A DNA stretch of 53,060 bases from contig NC_068982.1 in assembly GCF_001194135.2 (NCBI RefSeq), positions 125,649,100 to 125,702,159 of the forward strand. Reading direction: 5' to 3'. The position numbers and the translations under genes are program-made. The DNA comes from Octopus bimaculoides. Lineage: Eukaryota. This document shows positions 37,646 through 51,076 of this stretch, piece after piece. The notes under the pieces were generated by a model. That model was not told the origin of the DNA and searched no databases. It was given only the letters and a program-made list of their open reading frames with translations. The stretch's first letter is position 1, and each line of letters begins with the position of its first letter.

Positions 37646-37968
37646 GATCACGTGATTAAATGGTATTTATCTTTCACTGGATGAAGTTCTTTTTAGTTGA
37701 TTCTACTAATAACGGAACAGCGACGCAATACCAAGAATTGAAACCGTATTTAAATGTTTACTTTACACTAATATTTCTAGTAAAATTATTGCTTCATGTA
37801 CTTTTTAATTAATGGGTTAAATCCAACAGAATCCATTTCTCCGTGATTTTACTGAAGAATCTCAATTATTAGAATATCGAAGACCATTAGAAATGAATAA
37901 AAAACCCAATTCGCTGCTCAAAGCAGTAACGAAGCCGTGTTAGGAATTCTGAATCAAGTCCATCAATA

Positions 37969-38691
37969 ATGCCAGAAAATAGGAGAGCTGGAAGAGCTTG
38001 GGCGATCGGCTGCGTCCGCTTTGCGTTCTGGACTTTGTCCCTTACGTTGATGTTCAATGGTCTTTTTACTATAATCTTTGGTACCTCAATCGAAGTTGAC
38101 TACGGCGGTATATTTAGCGAATTCGGAGCTCACTTTCATCTTTACGCTCTGTTCTTCGTGTGCTTAGGAGTAACACTTCTGTTTCTCGGCGCATACAGTT
38201 TTCACTGCCTACGGAGTGATAATTACTTCGGCCTAACGATTTTTGGATTTTTTGTAATTACCATTTCCGCTATTCAGATTGTGATGGGATTCACTGGTCA
38301 CATTGTGACAGGATACAGCAGAGAAGCAATTCTGAATCATATGAAAGTTTCGCAAAACAATTATACTACAAATTACGTTGACGAAAGTGCGTGGGATTCG
38401 GTTCAATATAATCTACAGTGCTGTGGAATCTATGCTCCCGAAGAGTGGTTCAAAGTATTTGGTAAACGTATTCTTCCGAACAGTTGTTGTGATTTCCGAT
38501 TTGCTCATTGTGGAGTAGTTGCAATGCGTCACAACAATTATTTCACTAAAGGTTGTTTGAGCAGTTACACTGAATTCACCGAGCATTTGCAAACGGGGCT
38601 TTCGATGTACGTGATCTTAATAGGTATATTTAACCTTCTTATAGCAGTGACCCCAACACACCTTGTCAGAAGAGTTTATCAGGAAGAGTGA
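37969..38691 (+). CDS. Intronless tetraspanin, 240 aa
   Basis: Four hydrophobic segments; CCG, PNSCC and KGC (6 Cys); ATG start and TGA stop; intact. Confidence 0.9.
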   Translation: MPENRRAGRAWAIGCVRFAFWTLSLTLMFNGLFTIIFGTSIEVDYGGIFSEFGAHFHLYALFFVCLGVTLLFLGAYSFHCLRSDNYFGLTIFGFFVITISAIQIVMGFTGHIVTGYSREAILNHMKVSQNNYTTNYVDESAWDSVQYNLQCCGIYAPEEWFKVFGKRILPNSCCDFRFAHCGVVAMRHNNYFTKGCLSSYTEFTEHLQTGLSMYVILIGIFNLLIAVTPTHLVRRVYQEE

Positions 38692-41091
38692 ACTTGATTG
38701 CATCAATATTTTTTTATCCTGTCTCTGGTTTTACCAAATTTGAATTGTTATTGAAAGTTTGACGTGAGGTTACAACTCTTAACTGCCTGAATTTTGTCTT
38801 AGAATTCCATTCCTCTAATAGGAAAAAGTTTAAAAAATGCTGTGATCCTAAGGCTAAATCTGAACTATCAAACTGTATTTAACTTTCTTCTATAATCTCA
38901 ATTATTTGTCACATAAACGCTGACCTTTCATGAATATTCGACTAGAACTTTTCAATTTTTTAAACTAAAAGCTGTTATTAATACTAAAACTGTTATTACT
39001 AATTATTCTATCGAGTATAAACTTTTTACTTGTTAAAGAAAAACCACGCAGTTACGATACGATTCTTTTATTACAAAGTTTTGTCAGATAAACTGTTTAA
39101 GCCCACCCGCTAATAGATTGAACCTGTGGAGATTTTTTTATAAGAAACTTATTATGGCAGTCGCAACTGTTGCAACCGATCTATTTTTATTTATTTTTTT
39201 TTCAATTTTTGCCTATATGTTTCAAACAATTCCTTTTGTTCAAACATTTGGCGAGGAAAATAGTTATCCGCTTTACATTTGTACATCTGAAGTATATTAA
39301 TTTTGGTTAAGAATATATTCTGGATAAATTCCTTTGGACACCCTTTTCATACAGCTTCTTGACAAACAATCTTCCTATACGATAGGACAATTTTTTTTAT
39401 CAATCTTTGTGACATAACCCTCTCAATATTGGTTCCACATAAGATTGTGTATTATTTCCCACAAAACTTACGCATCCCAATATGAAATTCACAATACTGA
39501 ATTCTATATTCTTGCTCGAACTTCAGTCTGTTTGGGCATGAATGTTTTCAAAAGTCAGAAACTCAACAATTGATTATAACTGATATTTCTATTGCTTAAA
39601 TAAGCTGCTGGAATAACAATGCATATAAAGCGTGTCCTTCACGTATTAAGGACATTTTTTATTTTTTTTTATTTTTATTATTTCCCAAGGTCGCCATCTA
39701 TAAGAAGTTGTAACTGATAAAGAGTACACGGAGTAATTTACCTGTCAATCAATGCACTTCTCCGTCGCTCTTAATTCATGTTCCTATTGTGATAGTATGT
39801 GCCTGATCACTCCAAGACCCACTCGGTGTATGCAGGTTTTTTTCTGACCAATTCTAAACTTGTTACCCTGAGATGCAATCTATGTGAACAAGTGCTGTGC
39901 TACAGTGACGCATTACACCTAAGTTCCCTTCTAGCTAATAATGCGTATATCATTGCAGTAGAATATGGAAAAAAATTATAAAGAAATTTTGATGCTTAGT
40001 CACTTTATGAACTAGTTTTCGACCAACTATTGGCAGTTTTGACTAAATATTCCTTAATACGCATAACTCTCGGTTTGTCATGTTCAACTCGTGTTGAACA
40101 TTATTTTACAAAACTATTCCTGAAACAATTTTTCACTCTTAAAGTGAATTGATGCGTTGGTAATTAAAACTGGTAATGCAGTGATGCGAAGAATCGTTCG
40201 ACTAACAATCTATTTAGCCACTTCAGTAGCTGCCCGTAATAACTCAATTTATACGAACTGGTGACATGACTTAATTTTTCCGAACAATGTTCTTAGCTAT
40301 TATCTGAGTTTAGAATATTGCTAGACTATTAAGTATTTGAACTGTAAAAATTTTCTATGGATTAGGAACTCCGTTTCTAATCCTAAATCTAAATGGTGTT
40401 AACTTTCTTTACCAATCAATATTTGGTCTTGAGATGCTCTCCGTAAGATGTAGAAATAATTAGAACTGTAATATTTTATATAAGCATAATGTAATGCAAG
40501 CGCTTAATGATTCCTAAACCCAAAATTTTAACGGCCGTTCCTGTTGAGTAGAGCAAAGTACAAGGGACACTTACCACGAAACCCCATGCATGCATACCTA
40601 TTTACATAGTCGTATCTATACATGTATGAGTGAAACAAAAAAAAAAAAGATCTAGCAGCCAAAGCCGAGAGCTAAGAGGAAGGTCTTTACCCAACAGTGG
40701 GAGAGCAATGGTTGATTATGAACGAAGTAAAAATATTTTTTTGTTTACAACTGCTAGTATAGTACGTAGACGTGGAAACTTCCGGCTCCTATAAGCAGTT
40801 CAGTTTGTAAGTGTACTACGAAAATGGAAACCTTTGCTCTTAGAAATGTATATAATAGCGTAATTACAGAAGTGTAGTAATTAGGACCTTTTTCGTAGGT
40901 GAGAAATTTAACATATGTAAATATCAATGATTCCTAGCAAAAAAGAGCAAAATTGTTTCGTTTAATTAGCAATGCAGACTAAATTCTGCGAATAATTTAC
41001 TAGTTAAGTTTTCCGTTTTTGTTTGTTTGAATCCTGTCACCATTCGTGTGAAGCAAATCCCACGAACTATGATACTTAAAATCTATTGGAA

Positions 41092-41355
41092 CAGTGGTTC
41101 CCGACCCTTTTCGTTAATATTTTATTCTGGTGACCTCACCCATAACCATTTGATGTTTAAAACTAATTTTGTTGATCTTTCGCTCATCAGAGTGGTGTGT
41201 GGGTTGTACTATAGACCTAGCCGTTTCTTGCAATAATTACATTTATAGAAAGTTTTTTTTTTTTTCATTGACACTTAAAATAATACTGTAGGCACAATTT
41301 ACTATCTTATGTGAACCCCGCAAAATCTTGTATGGATCCTGGTTGAGAACCACTG
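41092..41355. mobile_element. Old hAT MITE
   Basis: cagtggttcccgacc / ggttgagaaccactg; decayed TSD tattggaa / taccagaa. Confidence 0.65.
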
Positions 41356-42204
41356 TACCAGAACATTGTCATGGAAGAGCTGAAAAGCTATAATTTCTAT
41401 AGTGCATGCCATTAATAAACAAAGCACTTTTTAGTTGGAAATATTTAAGCTCTTAATGCTTTTCGAAATGTCTCAACCTCAGGCACAATATTTTGATCGT
41501 TAATCGTCACGTCGCAGGAGTATCTCTTCAACTTGTCAGAACCTGCCTGGAACTTCATACTATTTCTTGCTCTATTCTATTCGTTGACTACAAAGGCAAA
41601 TGTTTAAACTTTTAGCAATATATTTTCATCCGCAATCTTCAAATCTTAACTGGATTAATGATGTCTGGTGTTTTATATTAGAAATTCTATAACAAATGCC
41701 TTTTAAATGTCGGTTTAAGCCTTTTCTCGTTGTCTTAAACCACTTATTTTATAAATTTATGGCAAATTTAACTGAATCATTTAAAGTTATCCACCACTTG
41801 CTCAACTACACTTGTATCATCTAGTCTAAAGTGACTTACATAACTATCAGATTTAGCATTAGAAATTTTCTTTGCAAGCTTTATCTAAGTGGCTGTATTT
41901 ACGTACATTAAATAAACAATTTAAATTAAAACTTGTTTGACTTTTGTGTTTTGACGCCTTAACTATTTTCTAATATAGAACACTTGCAATTCTGCGGGAT
42001 CAGCGATATATTTTTGCTGACGATTCCAAAGTAGGGTGTAACGTTAGGAGGTTCAACTGTACACCAAAAGTGTTCACGGCTTCCATTTTGTAACTTAGCC
42101 ATCACCACTATTGAATTTTGCGAATTAATACCGATTGATCTTTCAAAGTTTTTTAAAAATGTTTCATTAATACCGTTAAAAATTATTTCCTGTTCGAACA
42201 GTGT

Positions 42205-42503
42205 GTTGGCACTCCGTCGCTTACGACGTCGAGGGTTCCAGTTGATCCGATCAACGGAACAGCCTGCTCGTGAAATTAACGTGCAAGTGGCTGAGCACTC
42301 CACAGACACGTGTACCCTGAACGTAGTTCTCGGGGAGATTCAGCGTGACACAGTGTGACAAGGCTGACCCTTTGAAATAGGAAGTAAGAGTGAGAGAAAG
42401 TAGTGGTGGAAGAGTACAGCAGGGTTCGCCACCATCCCCTGCTGGAGCTTTAGGTGTTTTTCGCTCAATAAACACTCACAACGCCCGGTCTGGGAATCGA
42501 AAC
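42205..42503 (-). mobile_element. SINE family C running into a gap
   Basis: Matches 19020-19404. Confidence 0.85.
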
Positions 42504-42923
42504 NNNNNNNNNNNNNNNNNNNNNNNNNNNNNNNNNNNNNNNNNNNNNNNNNNNNNNNNNNNNNNNNNNNNNNNNNNNNNNNNNNNNNNNNNNNNNNNNN
42601 NNNNNNNNNNNNNNNNNNNNNNNNNNNNNNNNNNNNNNNNNNNNNNNNNNNNNNNNNNNNNNNNNNNNNNNNNNNNNNNNNNNNNNNNNNNNNNNNNNNN
42701 NNNNNNNNNNNNNNNNNNNNNNNNNNNNNNNNNNNNNNNNNNNNNNNNNNNNNNNNNNNNNNNNNNNNNNNNNNNNNNNNNNNNNNNNNNNNNNNNNNNN
42801 NNNNNNNNNNNNNNNNNNNNNNNNNNNNNNNNNNNNNNNNNNNNNNNNNNNNNNNNNNNNNNNNNNNNNNNNNNNNNNNNNNNNNNNNNNNNNNNNNNNN
42901 NNNNNNNNNNNNNNNNNNNNNNN

Positions 42924-43261
42924 ATTAAGCGATGTAAAGCGTATTTAATCTCCATACCTTCGTTTTATTTGCTTTTTTTCATTTTAAATTTGCTTTAACC
43001 CTAACCGTAGGGTTAGGGTTAATTGTTTCAGAATCGTTTGTTTATGTAGTCGGCACTTAATGTATATCGGCTGAATGGACGTCAGTGATTGGTTGAAATT
43101 ACAGAAATACGACAACTTTAACATGGAATAACTTATGGATTTCTTTTTTTAAAAGAAGACTAAGAGGAAAAAGATGTTTTATATGACACATTCTACCAGT
43201 GTTCCAAGTTTCAAAGTGTTTCGTTAATGAAAAATGTGGCCCCCGTTTTAAAAAAAGATCC
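42924..43261 (-). mobile_element. Half copy of the GGATC telomere-hairpin MITE (remainder in the gap)
   Basis: Reverse complement of about 43759-44095; ttaaccctaaccgtagggttagggttaa centre. Confidence 0.85.
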
Positions 43262-43758
43262 AAAGGAACTCATTCAACATATTATAAATAACGGTTTCAA
43301 AATTTGGCACAAGGCCAGCAATTGTAGTGGTGGGGTAAATCGATTACATCTATCCATCTAGCAGTTATTTCATTGACCCCAATAGGATGAAAGTGTAAAG
43401 TCGACTTCGGCAGAATTTGAACTCAGAACAAAGACGAACGAAATGCTGCTCAGCATTTTCCTCGGTCTGTCAACGGTTCTGAATTCTTTATTACCCACAA
43501 AGGGTTAAATACAGAGGGACAATACAAACATGTGGGGTAGGTGAAAACGGGTGAAATTGAAAGATGTAATTATGACGCTCGACCTCACATCCAGACGGCG
43601 TGTCAACGATTCTGCAAGGTCTCTGTCCCAGCATCTTATAAATAATATTTAAAAAAAGTGCTGTAAGCTGTGTAATATTGATAGTATTGAGTTCAATTCC
43701 TTTTGGGTACAAAATATTCGGTAAATTGGTTTTCGTTAACAGAAGTCTTTATACTTTC

Positions 43759-44314
43759 GGATCTTTTTTAAAACGGGGGCCACATTTTTCATTAACGAAA
43801 CACTTTGAAACTTGGAACACTGGTAGAATGTGTCATATAAAACATCTTTTTCTCTTAGTCTTCTTTAAAAAAAAAGAAATCCCCAAGTTATTCCATGTTA
43901 AAGTTGTCGTATTTCTGTAATTTCAACCAATCACTGACGTCCATTCAGCCGATATACATTAAGTGCCGACTACATAAACAAACGATTCTGAAACAATTAA
44001 CCCTAACTCTATGGTTAGGGTTAAAGCAAATTTTAAATGAAAAAAGCAAATAAAACGAAGGTATGGAGATTAAATACGCTTTACATCGCTTAATCAGCCA
44101 AAGGAGTAAATATAAACAACTGAATACTTGTCAGTGATTGGTTGAAATTATCGAAATAAGACAATTTTTTACATGAAATAAATTCGAATACAAAAATATT
44201 TTTCTGTTCTATAACACAAAATATATAAGTATACGAAGTTTGAAAGTCTTTCGGTACCAAAAACACTTCGTAAAACATTAATGAAAAATGTGGCCTCCGT
44301 TTTAAAAAAGATCC
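43759..44314. mobile_element. Complete GGATC telomere-hairpin MITE (556 bp)
   Basis: TIRs as in the 26584 copy; TSD ATACTTTC at 43751-43758 and 44315-44322. Confidence 0.92.
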
Positions 44315-44974
44315 ATACTTTCTGCTAAATAGATGAGGGGGGTGGGGAAACTAGTAACCTCCTCTGTGTGTGTGTGTGCATGTATGTATATATGTGTATA
44401 TATATATATAATATATATATTGACGAAAAAAAAGTATCCCGATCTTCCTTCAGAATTATTCTTACAATATTTTTTGTTCGTTAGTAATAAAGGAATGATA
44501 ATTGAACCTTTATTACTAATGAACAAAAAATATTGTAAGAATAATTTTGAAGGAAGATCGGGATATTTTTTTTTTCGTCAATTCATTCGTAGTGGTGGTT
44601 TGGTTACAAAATGGAAACTGAACGTTTTGCGTATATTTCAACTTGAATTGAACACTTGAACAGTGAGCTGTACTTCATTATTCATAAACCGGTTGCTGTG
44701 ATTTCTTTAATCAGGCCATTGGGAGTCACGAACATTGAGAAGTGGATACAATGGGAATTGAAACTGGCAAAGGCTAGTTGGTACTGGAGAAGACTTAGTC
44801 TATGAAACAAACCAATTAGTATAAAAGGTTAAGTCTATCTTGGCTAAGCTTGAATATTAGGATAATGCAAAGGAAAGAGAACAAATGCGTCTCTGTCGCT
44901 TTAGAGGATGAATATTTATTTGTTCGGTCAACTGAATTATATTCTCATTGAATTAACGGACTTGCACGTGTATT

Positions 44975-45260
44975 ATGTACCTAGGTTAGCGATTACGGTG
45001 TTGCACTCTCGATCGCAAGATCGTGGTTTCGATTCCCAGGCCGGCGTTGCGTTCTTGAGCAAAATACTTCATTTCCCGTAACTCCAGTCCTCTCAGGTGT
45101 AAATGGGTAACCCTGCGATGGAATGGCATTCCGTTTAGGAAGAATTTCGGCCCACCTGCCAAACAAGTGGTGTCATTCGAAAGCTACTATGCGAGGAAGC
45201 GCATTGTGAGCAGCGGAGCAAAAACCATCCGATAGTCTGGTGGATGCAGTGATAGTAATA
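44975..45260 (+). mobile_element. tRNA-derived SINE family D
   Basis: gtggtttcgattcccagg B-box-like, ttcttgagcaaaatacttcattt, aaatgggtaaccctgcgatgg. Confidence 0.65.
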
Positions 45261-45310
45261 CACACACACATGTAGATATATGTAAAATTTGATATTGTGT
45301 ATATATATAT

Positions 45311-45675
45311 AAATAAGCAACACGGATTTCAAAGGTGATTGCAGTACGCACGTTTCACTAGCCTGATAGACTCGGCTATGTCAAGATGGACTTATGTATT
45401 CTTCCTCACATTTGGATTTTTATGTATTCTCTCTCCCACTTGGATTTGAAATGTTGCCACATTTATAATATGTCTTTTCTACAGTAATTTTTCTGCATTT
45501 TCGTGCAGCTGAAGATTGCTCTTCATATTGCATTTAAGGTAATGCTCGCATTACTTAAATAAATTGAAGTAGCATGAAACGTGCGTACTGCAATCACCTT
45601 TGAAATCCGTGTTGCTTATTTTTTGATTTTAATCACCTATCCTTTTGGGATGCGATATTCGGGTGCCTACGCATA
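45311..45675 (+). mobile_element. PLE-like pseudo-LTR, or MITE, with a perfect 47-bp inverted repeat, between (TA)n tracts
   Basis: 45311-45357 is the exact reverse complement of 45575-45621. Confidence 0.55.
45504..45592 (+). ncRNA. Type I hammerhead ribozyme candidate with long stem II
   Basis: TGCAG-CTGAAGA(45509-45515)-60-nt hairpin-GAAA(45576-45579)-CGTGCGT-A(45587)-CTGCA. Confidence 0.65.
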
Positions 45676-45691
45676 AGTACCATATTCAACC

Positions 45692-45756
<65 letters not shown>

Positions 45757-46546
45757 ATTGCTGGGCCCCGTTCCGTCAAAAATGACGGCTAATTGTAGTA
45801 TTTTATATATAAATAAGGTACAAAACCAAGATTTTGGTTTCATAATTCTTTTATTACTAAATTTTTTGTGAAAAATCTATCGGCAACTAACATCCTTTGA
45901 CTGCTTGTTTCCTTCAAAAGAATTTCAAAGTTCTCCTTCCTTCTTGTCCGACTTAAGTTACATATAGCTGGCCGTAACTAAATACGGGAGCTGGCAAGTA
46001 AATACCAAATATACAAAGTTGAAACACTGTTTGATTGTTCTTTTCAGCGTTGAATGTTCACCATCCCACTTCCATTGCACACACACACAAGCATTCATAT
46101 ACCTCCCCTTTACATGCACACACACATAAACTTACACAGAGTTGAAACGCTGTTTGATTTATCTTTTTCACCGTACAGTTTCCATCATCCCACTACGAAG
46201 TTTGCCTTCCGTCTTTATTCATCTATCACTCCTTCCCTTCTCATTCATATGTTGTGATGGAGAAAAACGCAAGAGTATTACAGTAGATAAGATACAAAAC
46301 CAAGTTTTTAGTTTAATAATTCTTTCATTACCAAATTTTCTGTCACCACTAACATCCTTTGACTGCTTGTTTCCTTCAAAAGAATTTCGAAGTTCTCCTT
46401 CCTTCTTGTCTGACTTAAGGCTACATAATGCTGGCCGTAACTAAATACGGGAGCTGGCAAGTAAATACCAAATATACAAAGTTGAAACACTGTTTGATTG
46501 TTCTTTTCAGCGTTGAATGTTAACCATTCCACTACCATTGCGCGTG

Positions 46547-46587
<41 letters not shown>

Positions 46588-46780
46588 GCACGCGCACGCG
46601 CACACATACACACACATTCACATACTCCCCTATTACATACACACATATTCACACAGAATTGAAACGCTGTTTGATTTATTTTTTCAGCGTACAATTTTCA
46701 TCATCCCACTATCAAGTATGACATCACCCCTTCTTTCCTTATTCATCCTTTCCTTTCACCCTTTCCTTTCTCATTCATAA
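45757..46780 (-). mobile_element. Helitron 3' region with tandem duplication of the PIF1 helicase C-terminus
   Basis: GIYLPAPVFSYGQHYVALSQ...ENLVMKELL (PVFSHGQLYVALSR motif) present twice with period about 474 bp; terminal hairpin ccgtcatttttgacgg. Confidence 0.8.
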
Positions 46781-47575
46781 GCACAAGAGTATTATTATAG
46801 TAGATTATCTTAGTAACCATGGGAGCTATGAAAAAAATACAATGCCCCGCATCACCACCGGATCATTCTATACATCTGTGTAATTTTTCGCGCAATTCCA
46901 TCCAGACGTTTGATCGTGAATCCCAAGACAAGAAGGAATCGCCCATGTCAAATTTATATGTATAGATATACATAATACACCAAGCTATGTAAAGAGCATT
47001 TCTAGAAGAATGGAAACGATGCAGTTTTCAGTAGAAAATAGAAATAAAAAATAAAAGTATATAATTAAATAATCTTCGGTCCCTCAAAAGTAGTTATCTA
47101 AATTTTACAGCTAATGTAATTGTTAATACTACAAGATTACATACGTGAAATNNNNNNNNNNNNNNNNNNNNNNNNNNNNNNNNNNNNNNNNNNNNNNNNN
47201 NNNNNNNNNNNNNNNNNNNNNNNNNNNNNNNNNNNNNNNNNNNNNNNNNNNNNNNNNNNNNNNNNNNNNNNNNNNNNNNNNNNNNNNNNNNNNNNNNNNN
47301 NNNNNNNNNNNNNNNNNNNNNNNNNNNNNNNNNNNNNNNNNNNNNNNNNNNNNNNNNNNNNNNNNNNNNNNNNNNNNNNNNNNNNNNNNNNNNNNNNNNN
47401 NNNNNNNNNNNNNNNNNNNNNNNNNNNNNNNNNNNNNNNNNNNNNNNNNNNNNNNNNNNNNNNNNNNNNNNNNNNNNNNNNNNNNNNNNNNNNNNNNNNN
47501 NNNNNNNNNNNNNNNNNNNNNNNNNNNNNNNNNNNNNNNNNNNNNNNNNNNNNNNNNNNNNNNNNNNNNNNNNNN

Positions 47576-47637
<62 letters not shown>

Positions 47638-48578
47638 ATTAGTTTCTAACATTGACGCAAGGTCATAGATTCCTAGATTTGAATGTTTAGTTGTTTGTGT
47701 CAACTGCAGTGTATTCCTAGTACTTACTTTAGCTATCTTCGAAAGAAAGAAGTCAAAGAGGTCTCCAGCATGAATTTGAACTGAAAACATGAGAGTTTAG
47801 AAATGAAAACGGTGAAGTTTACTAGTTTCAGACTTTTTATACTTTATTGATTGCCTGGCGTAGGAAAATAATTTCACAGAGAATACGAAGCGGAATTGTT
47901 CTTTTCGCAAGTACTGCAAATAATGTGAAAGGTTGCATGGCTTCAGCTTGGTCACACCGACAAAAATTTTTAGTTTGACCAACTTAGATAATTGTTGCAT
48001 CATGGACGTGTATTGAATAACTCATTCTAAAATTATGATAGCGTCTTTGCTCTAAATTATTAGGTAATAATGTAGATGTAGTCGCGTATTGTGAACAAAG
48101 AGAATTACTTCATATCAGTCTTTGGATTTAGGCAAAGAATACAAAAGAGAGAACGGAATGCAGTCTTGATGCACACTAAAGAAATAATCTTCTTCCTATT
48201 GGATGAGATAAAAAGTTAGATTTTATGATTATGAAGAGCAGAGAACGCACGTAAGAGTCATGCGAAATATCAAAAAGCGCATGAAACCTTTATTTGTAAC
48301 CTTTGCATTCCGTAAAGCATATGCGGGATCAGAATCAGTGGATCAATTTAAACATAACTAAAGAACTTAAGTTTACTCGGATCCTAATAAGAAAGAACTC
48401 ATCAGAAAATAGGTATTAGACGATGTCTAATACCTATTCTCTGATGAGCTGTTTCCCACCTGATATCCAATTCCGATTTTAGTTACCTCTCTTGTATGAG
48501 TGCGGATATGTATGGGTTAGTAATGAGGGTGTTGCAATTATGATCGCAAAATTGGAGGTTTGATTCCTAGACTGGAAA

Positions 48579-48648
<70 letters not shown>

Positions 48649-48693
48649 TACATATACACACATATATATATATAGATACTTATATAAAGGCAT

Positions 48694-49191
48694 TACTACA
48701 GAATAATGCCACACACTGGACTTCCCAAATAAACACATTTAGTACAGAATGCGAGGAAAGCAACCAACAGAAGAAAACTAACTTTCTTTTAAATAACTCA
48801 ACTTTGTATCGACCGATTTCGCGATTACTAGAATGAATCTAGATTTCGTTCATCAGCATAGTATTGTTCAAAAAAATATATATAAATAAACAGAATTCTC
48901 ACCTCACCAAAAACGAACACTCTACGTATCCGACAAAGCAAAGGGAATGAAGTTTATCTGTATACATCTTCATCAAAGAAGCGGGAATACTTCTGGGTTG
49001 TTTTAGGTACACTTGTGGAGACAGGAATAAAAATTCAGCATTGAATATATTCCGTGTATATATTTGATTAATAAATTCATAAAAAGGATAAAAAATAGAA
49101 AGTTGGTTTTCTTCTGTTGGTTGCTTTCCTCGCATTCGGTACTAGAATGTGTTTATTGGGGAAGTCTGTTGTGTGGCATTATTCTGTAGTA
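48694..49191. mobile_element. MITE with about 100-bp imperfect TIRs, TA-flanked
   Basis: tactacagaataatgccacac...gaatgcgaggaaagcaaccaacagaagaaaac mirrored at about 49090-49191. Confidence 0.8.
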
Positions 49192-49329
49192 TATAAATAT
49201 AAACGAATAACTATATTGTTGGGAATAGAAATTTCCCTTATGGATTTTTTTACACACTGGCTTCCTGATAAAATTCTTGTAAAAGATTTTTAACCTTTTT
49301 TGAATTTTGTAAAACAAATATATGAATAG

Positions 49330-49398
49330 ATAGATAGATATGCATATATATATATATATGCTTATATGTATATGTATATATATATGCACGCACGCACG

Positions 49399-49429
<31 letters not shown>

Positions 49430-49497
49430 GCATATATATATCTGTATATATATGCATATATATATATATGTGTATATATATATGCATATATATATGC

Positions 49498-49536
<39 letters not shown>

Positions 49537-49834
49537 CATATATATATATATATATGCATATATATGCATACACATATATATGCATATGTATATATATATA
49601 NNNNNNNNNNNNNNNNNNNNNNNNNNNNNNNNNNNNNNNNNNNNNNNNNNNNNNNNNNNNNNNNNNNNNNNNNNNNNNNNNNNNNNNNNNNNNNNNNNNN
49701 NNNNNNNNNNNNNNNNNNNNNNNNNNNNNNNNNNNNNNNNNNNNNNNNNNNNNNNNNNNNNNNNNNNNNNNNNNNNNNNNNNNNNNNNNNNNNNNNNNNN
49801 NNNNNNNNNNNNNNNNNNNNNNNNNNNNNNNNNN

Positions 49835-49863
<29 letters not shown>
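49330..49863. repeat. Compound (TA)n/(TATGCA)n microsatellite with gap
   Basis: Direct reading. Confidence 0.9.
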
Positions 49864-49867
<4 letters not shown>

Positions 49868-50243
49868 GCATTGTAGTCTTGATCAAAATATTTCATTTCA
49901 CATTTCTGCGATCCACTCACCTGGCAAAAATGAATAATCCTGCGACGGACCGGCGTCTTGTGCAGGGTGAAGGATGTAAATACCACAGAAACCGGGGAAA
50001 CTGGCCTTGGGAATGACCTTTGATCCTCACCCCTTTAGCATATTACTACTGGTTTACTTTCTCATTACAAGGATTGAACTGTTTTTGTTCTGCTATGAAG
50101 TTAAATACTTGTTAGTTTTACCTTGTTGTAAGCTTTCTCTTTTGGATTGCCCTGTTTTTGCTATTGTTTTTGCGTCTTTTGGCGCTTGTGGTTATTACTG
50201 GTTTTACCCCATTTAGGATTGAAACTTGTATTTTTGGTAGAAT

Positions 50244-51076
50244 ATGGACAGCGTCATGGAGAAGTCACCTGAACGGGAGAGCGACTTAACAGAAATAAGA
50301 AACACTGAAAGCTGTTATGCGAACACGGTTAAAAGAGGCAGGTACGGGCAGCGGCCCAAATCTATAGGTTTTAAGTGATAGTTAACCAGGATCATCTCAA
50401 TGGATTCATGAGATCTCTTACAGAAGGTAGGGACGAATGTGAGATTGACCCTTGCAGAGGAGATTATAGAGAGTATCAAGAAGAAAACCATAAAGTACCG
50501 GACCTTTTCACTGATAACAAAAAATATAGAGATGGCATCTGAGGATGCCGTCGAAAAATGTTTAAGCCAAATTTGGAATTATGTAAAATTTGTAAAAAGA
50601 GTGAAACGTTTTGGGACGGTGGAGGTGAGGTTTGATTCAGAAGAGGAAGCCTTAAGTTATTCTTCCACACCCCTGAAGTCGGATGAACTGGTGTTACTTC
50701 CGACCTATCTCGGAAGAAGGACATCTAGAATCAGAAATGAAGAAATCCCTCCTGAAATTGACAAGATGTGGTTGATAGCTGCATAATGTTGAACGTAAAA
50801 GAAAATGGAATAACATTGAGAGCAACCGAGACAGCTAAATTAATAGGGTTATGGCCTGGAAGTAACAATCCAGGTCACCCCAAGTGACCAAGAAACGATC
50901 CCACATCAAATCATCCTGCCAGACGAAACCAAACTGAGACTTAGTGTAGAGGGCAAAAGCCCAAGGTGTTATGAATGTGGGAAAAAGGGTCACTTAAAGG
51001 CCAAGTGCCCTCACGTTTCGCATCATGAGGCACACCCTGCTCCTAGCATACCATCACAACCAAAAGAGCCAATGAG
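50244..51076 (+). pseudogene. Disrupted retroelement ORF1 (gag-like, RRM-like region plus CCHC knuckle)
   Basis: ATG at 50244; frameshift and stop; CYECGKKGHLKAKC at 50967-51008; truncated by a MITE fragment. Confidence 0.7.

Noticed and set aside
48441-48460. Hammerhead at CTGATGA
   Set aside because: No downstream GAAA or stem II; the motif is just one arm of a hairpin
49153-50016. Long ORFs rich in YI/CV/HT/SL/RE repeats here and at 14110, 30595, 33412, 42390 and 47120
   Set aside because: Translations of microsatellites and N gaps
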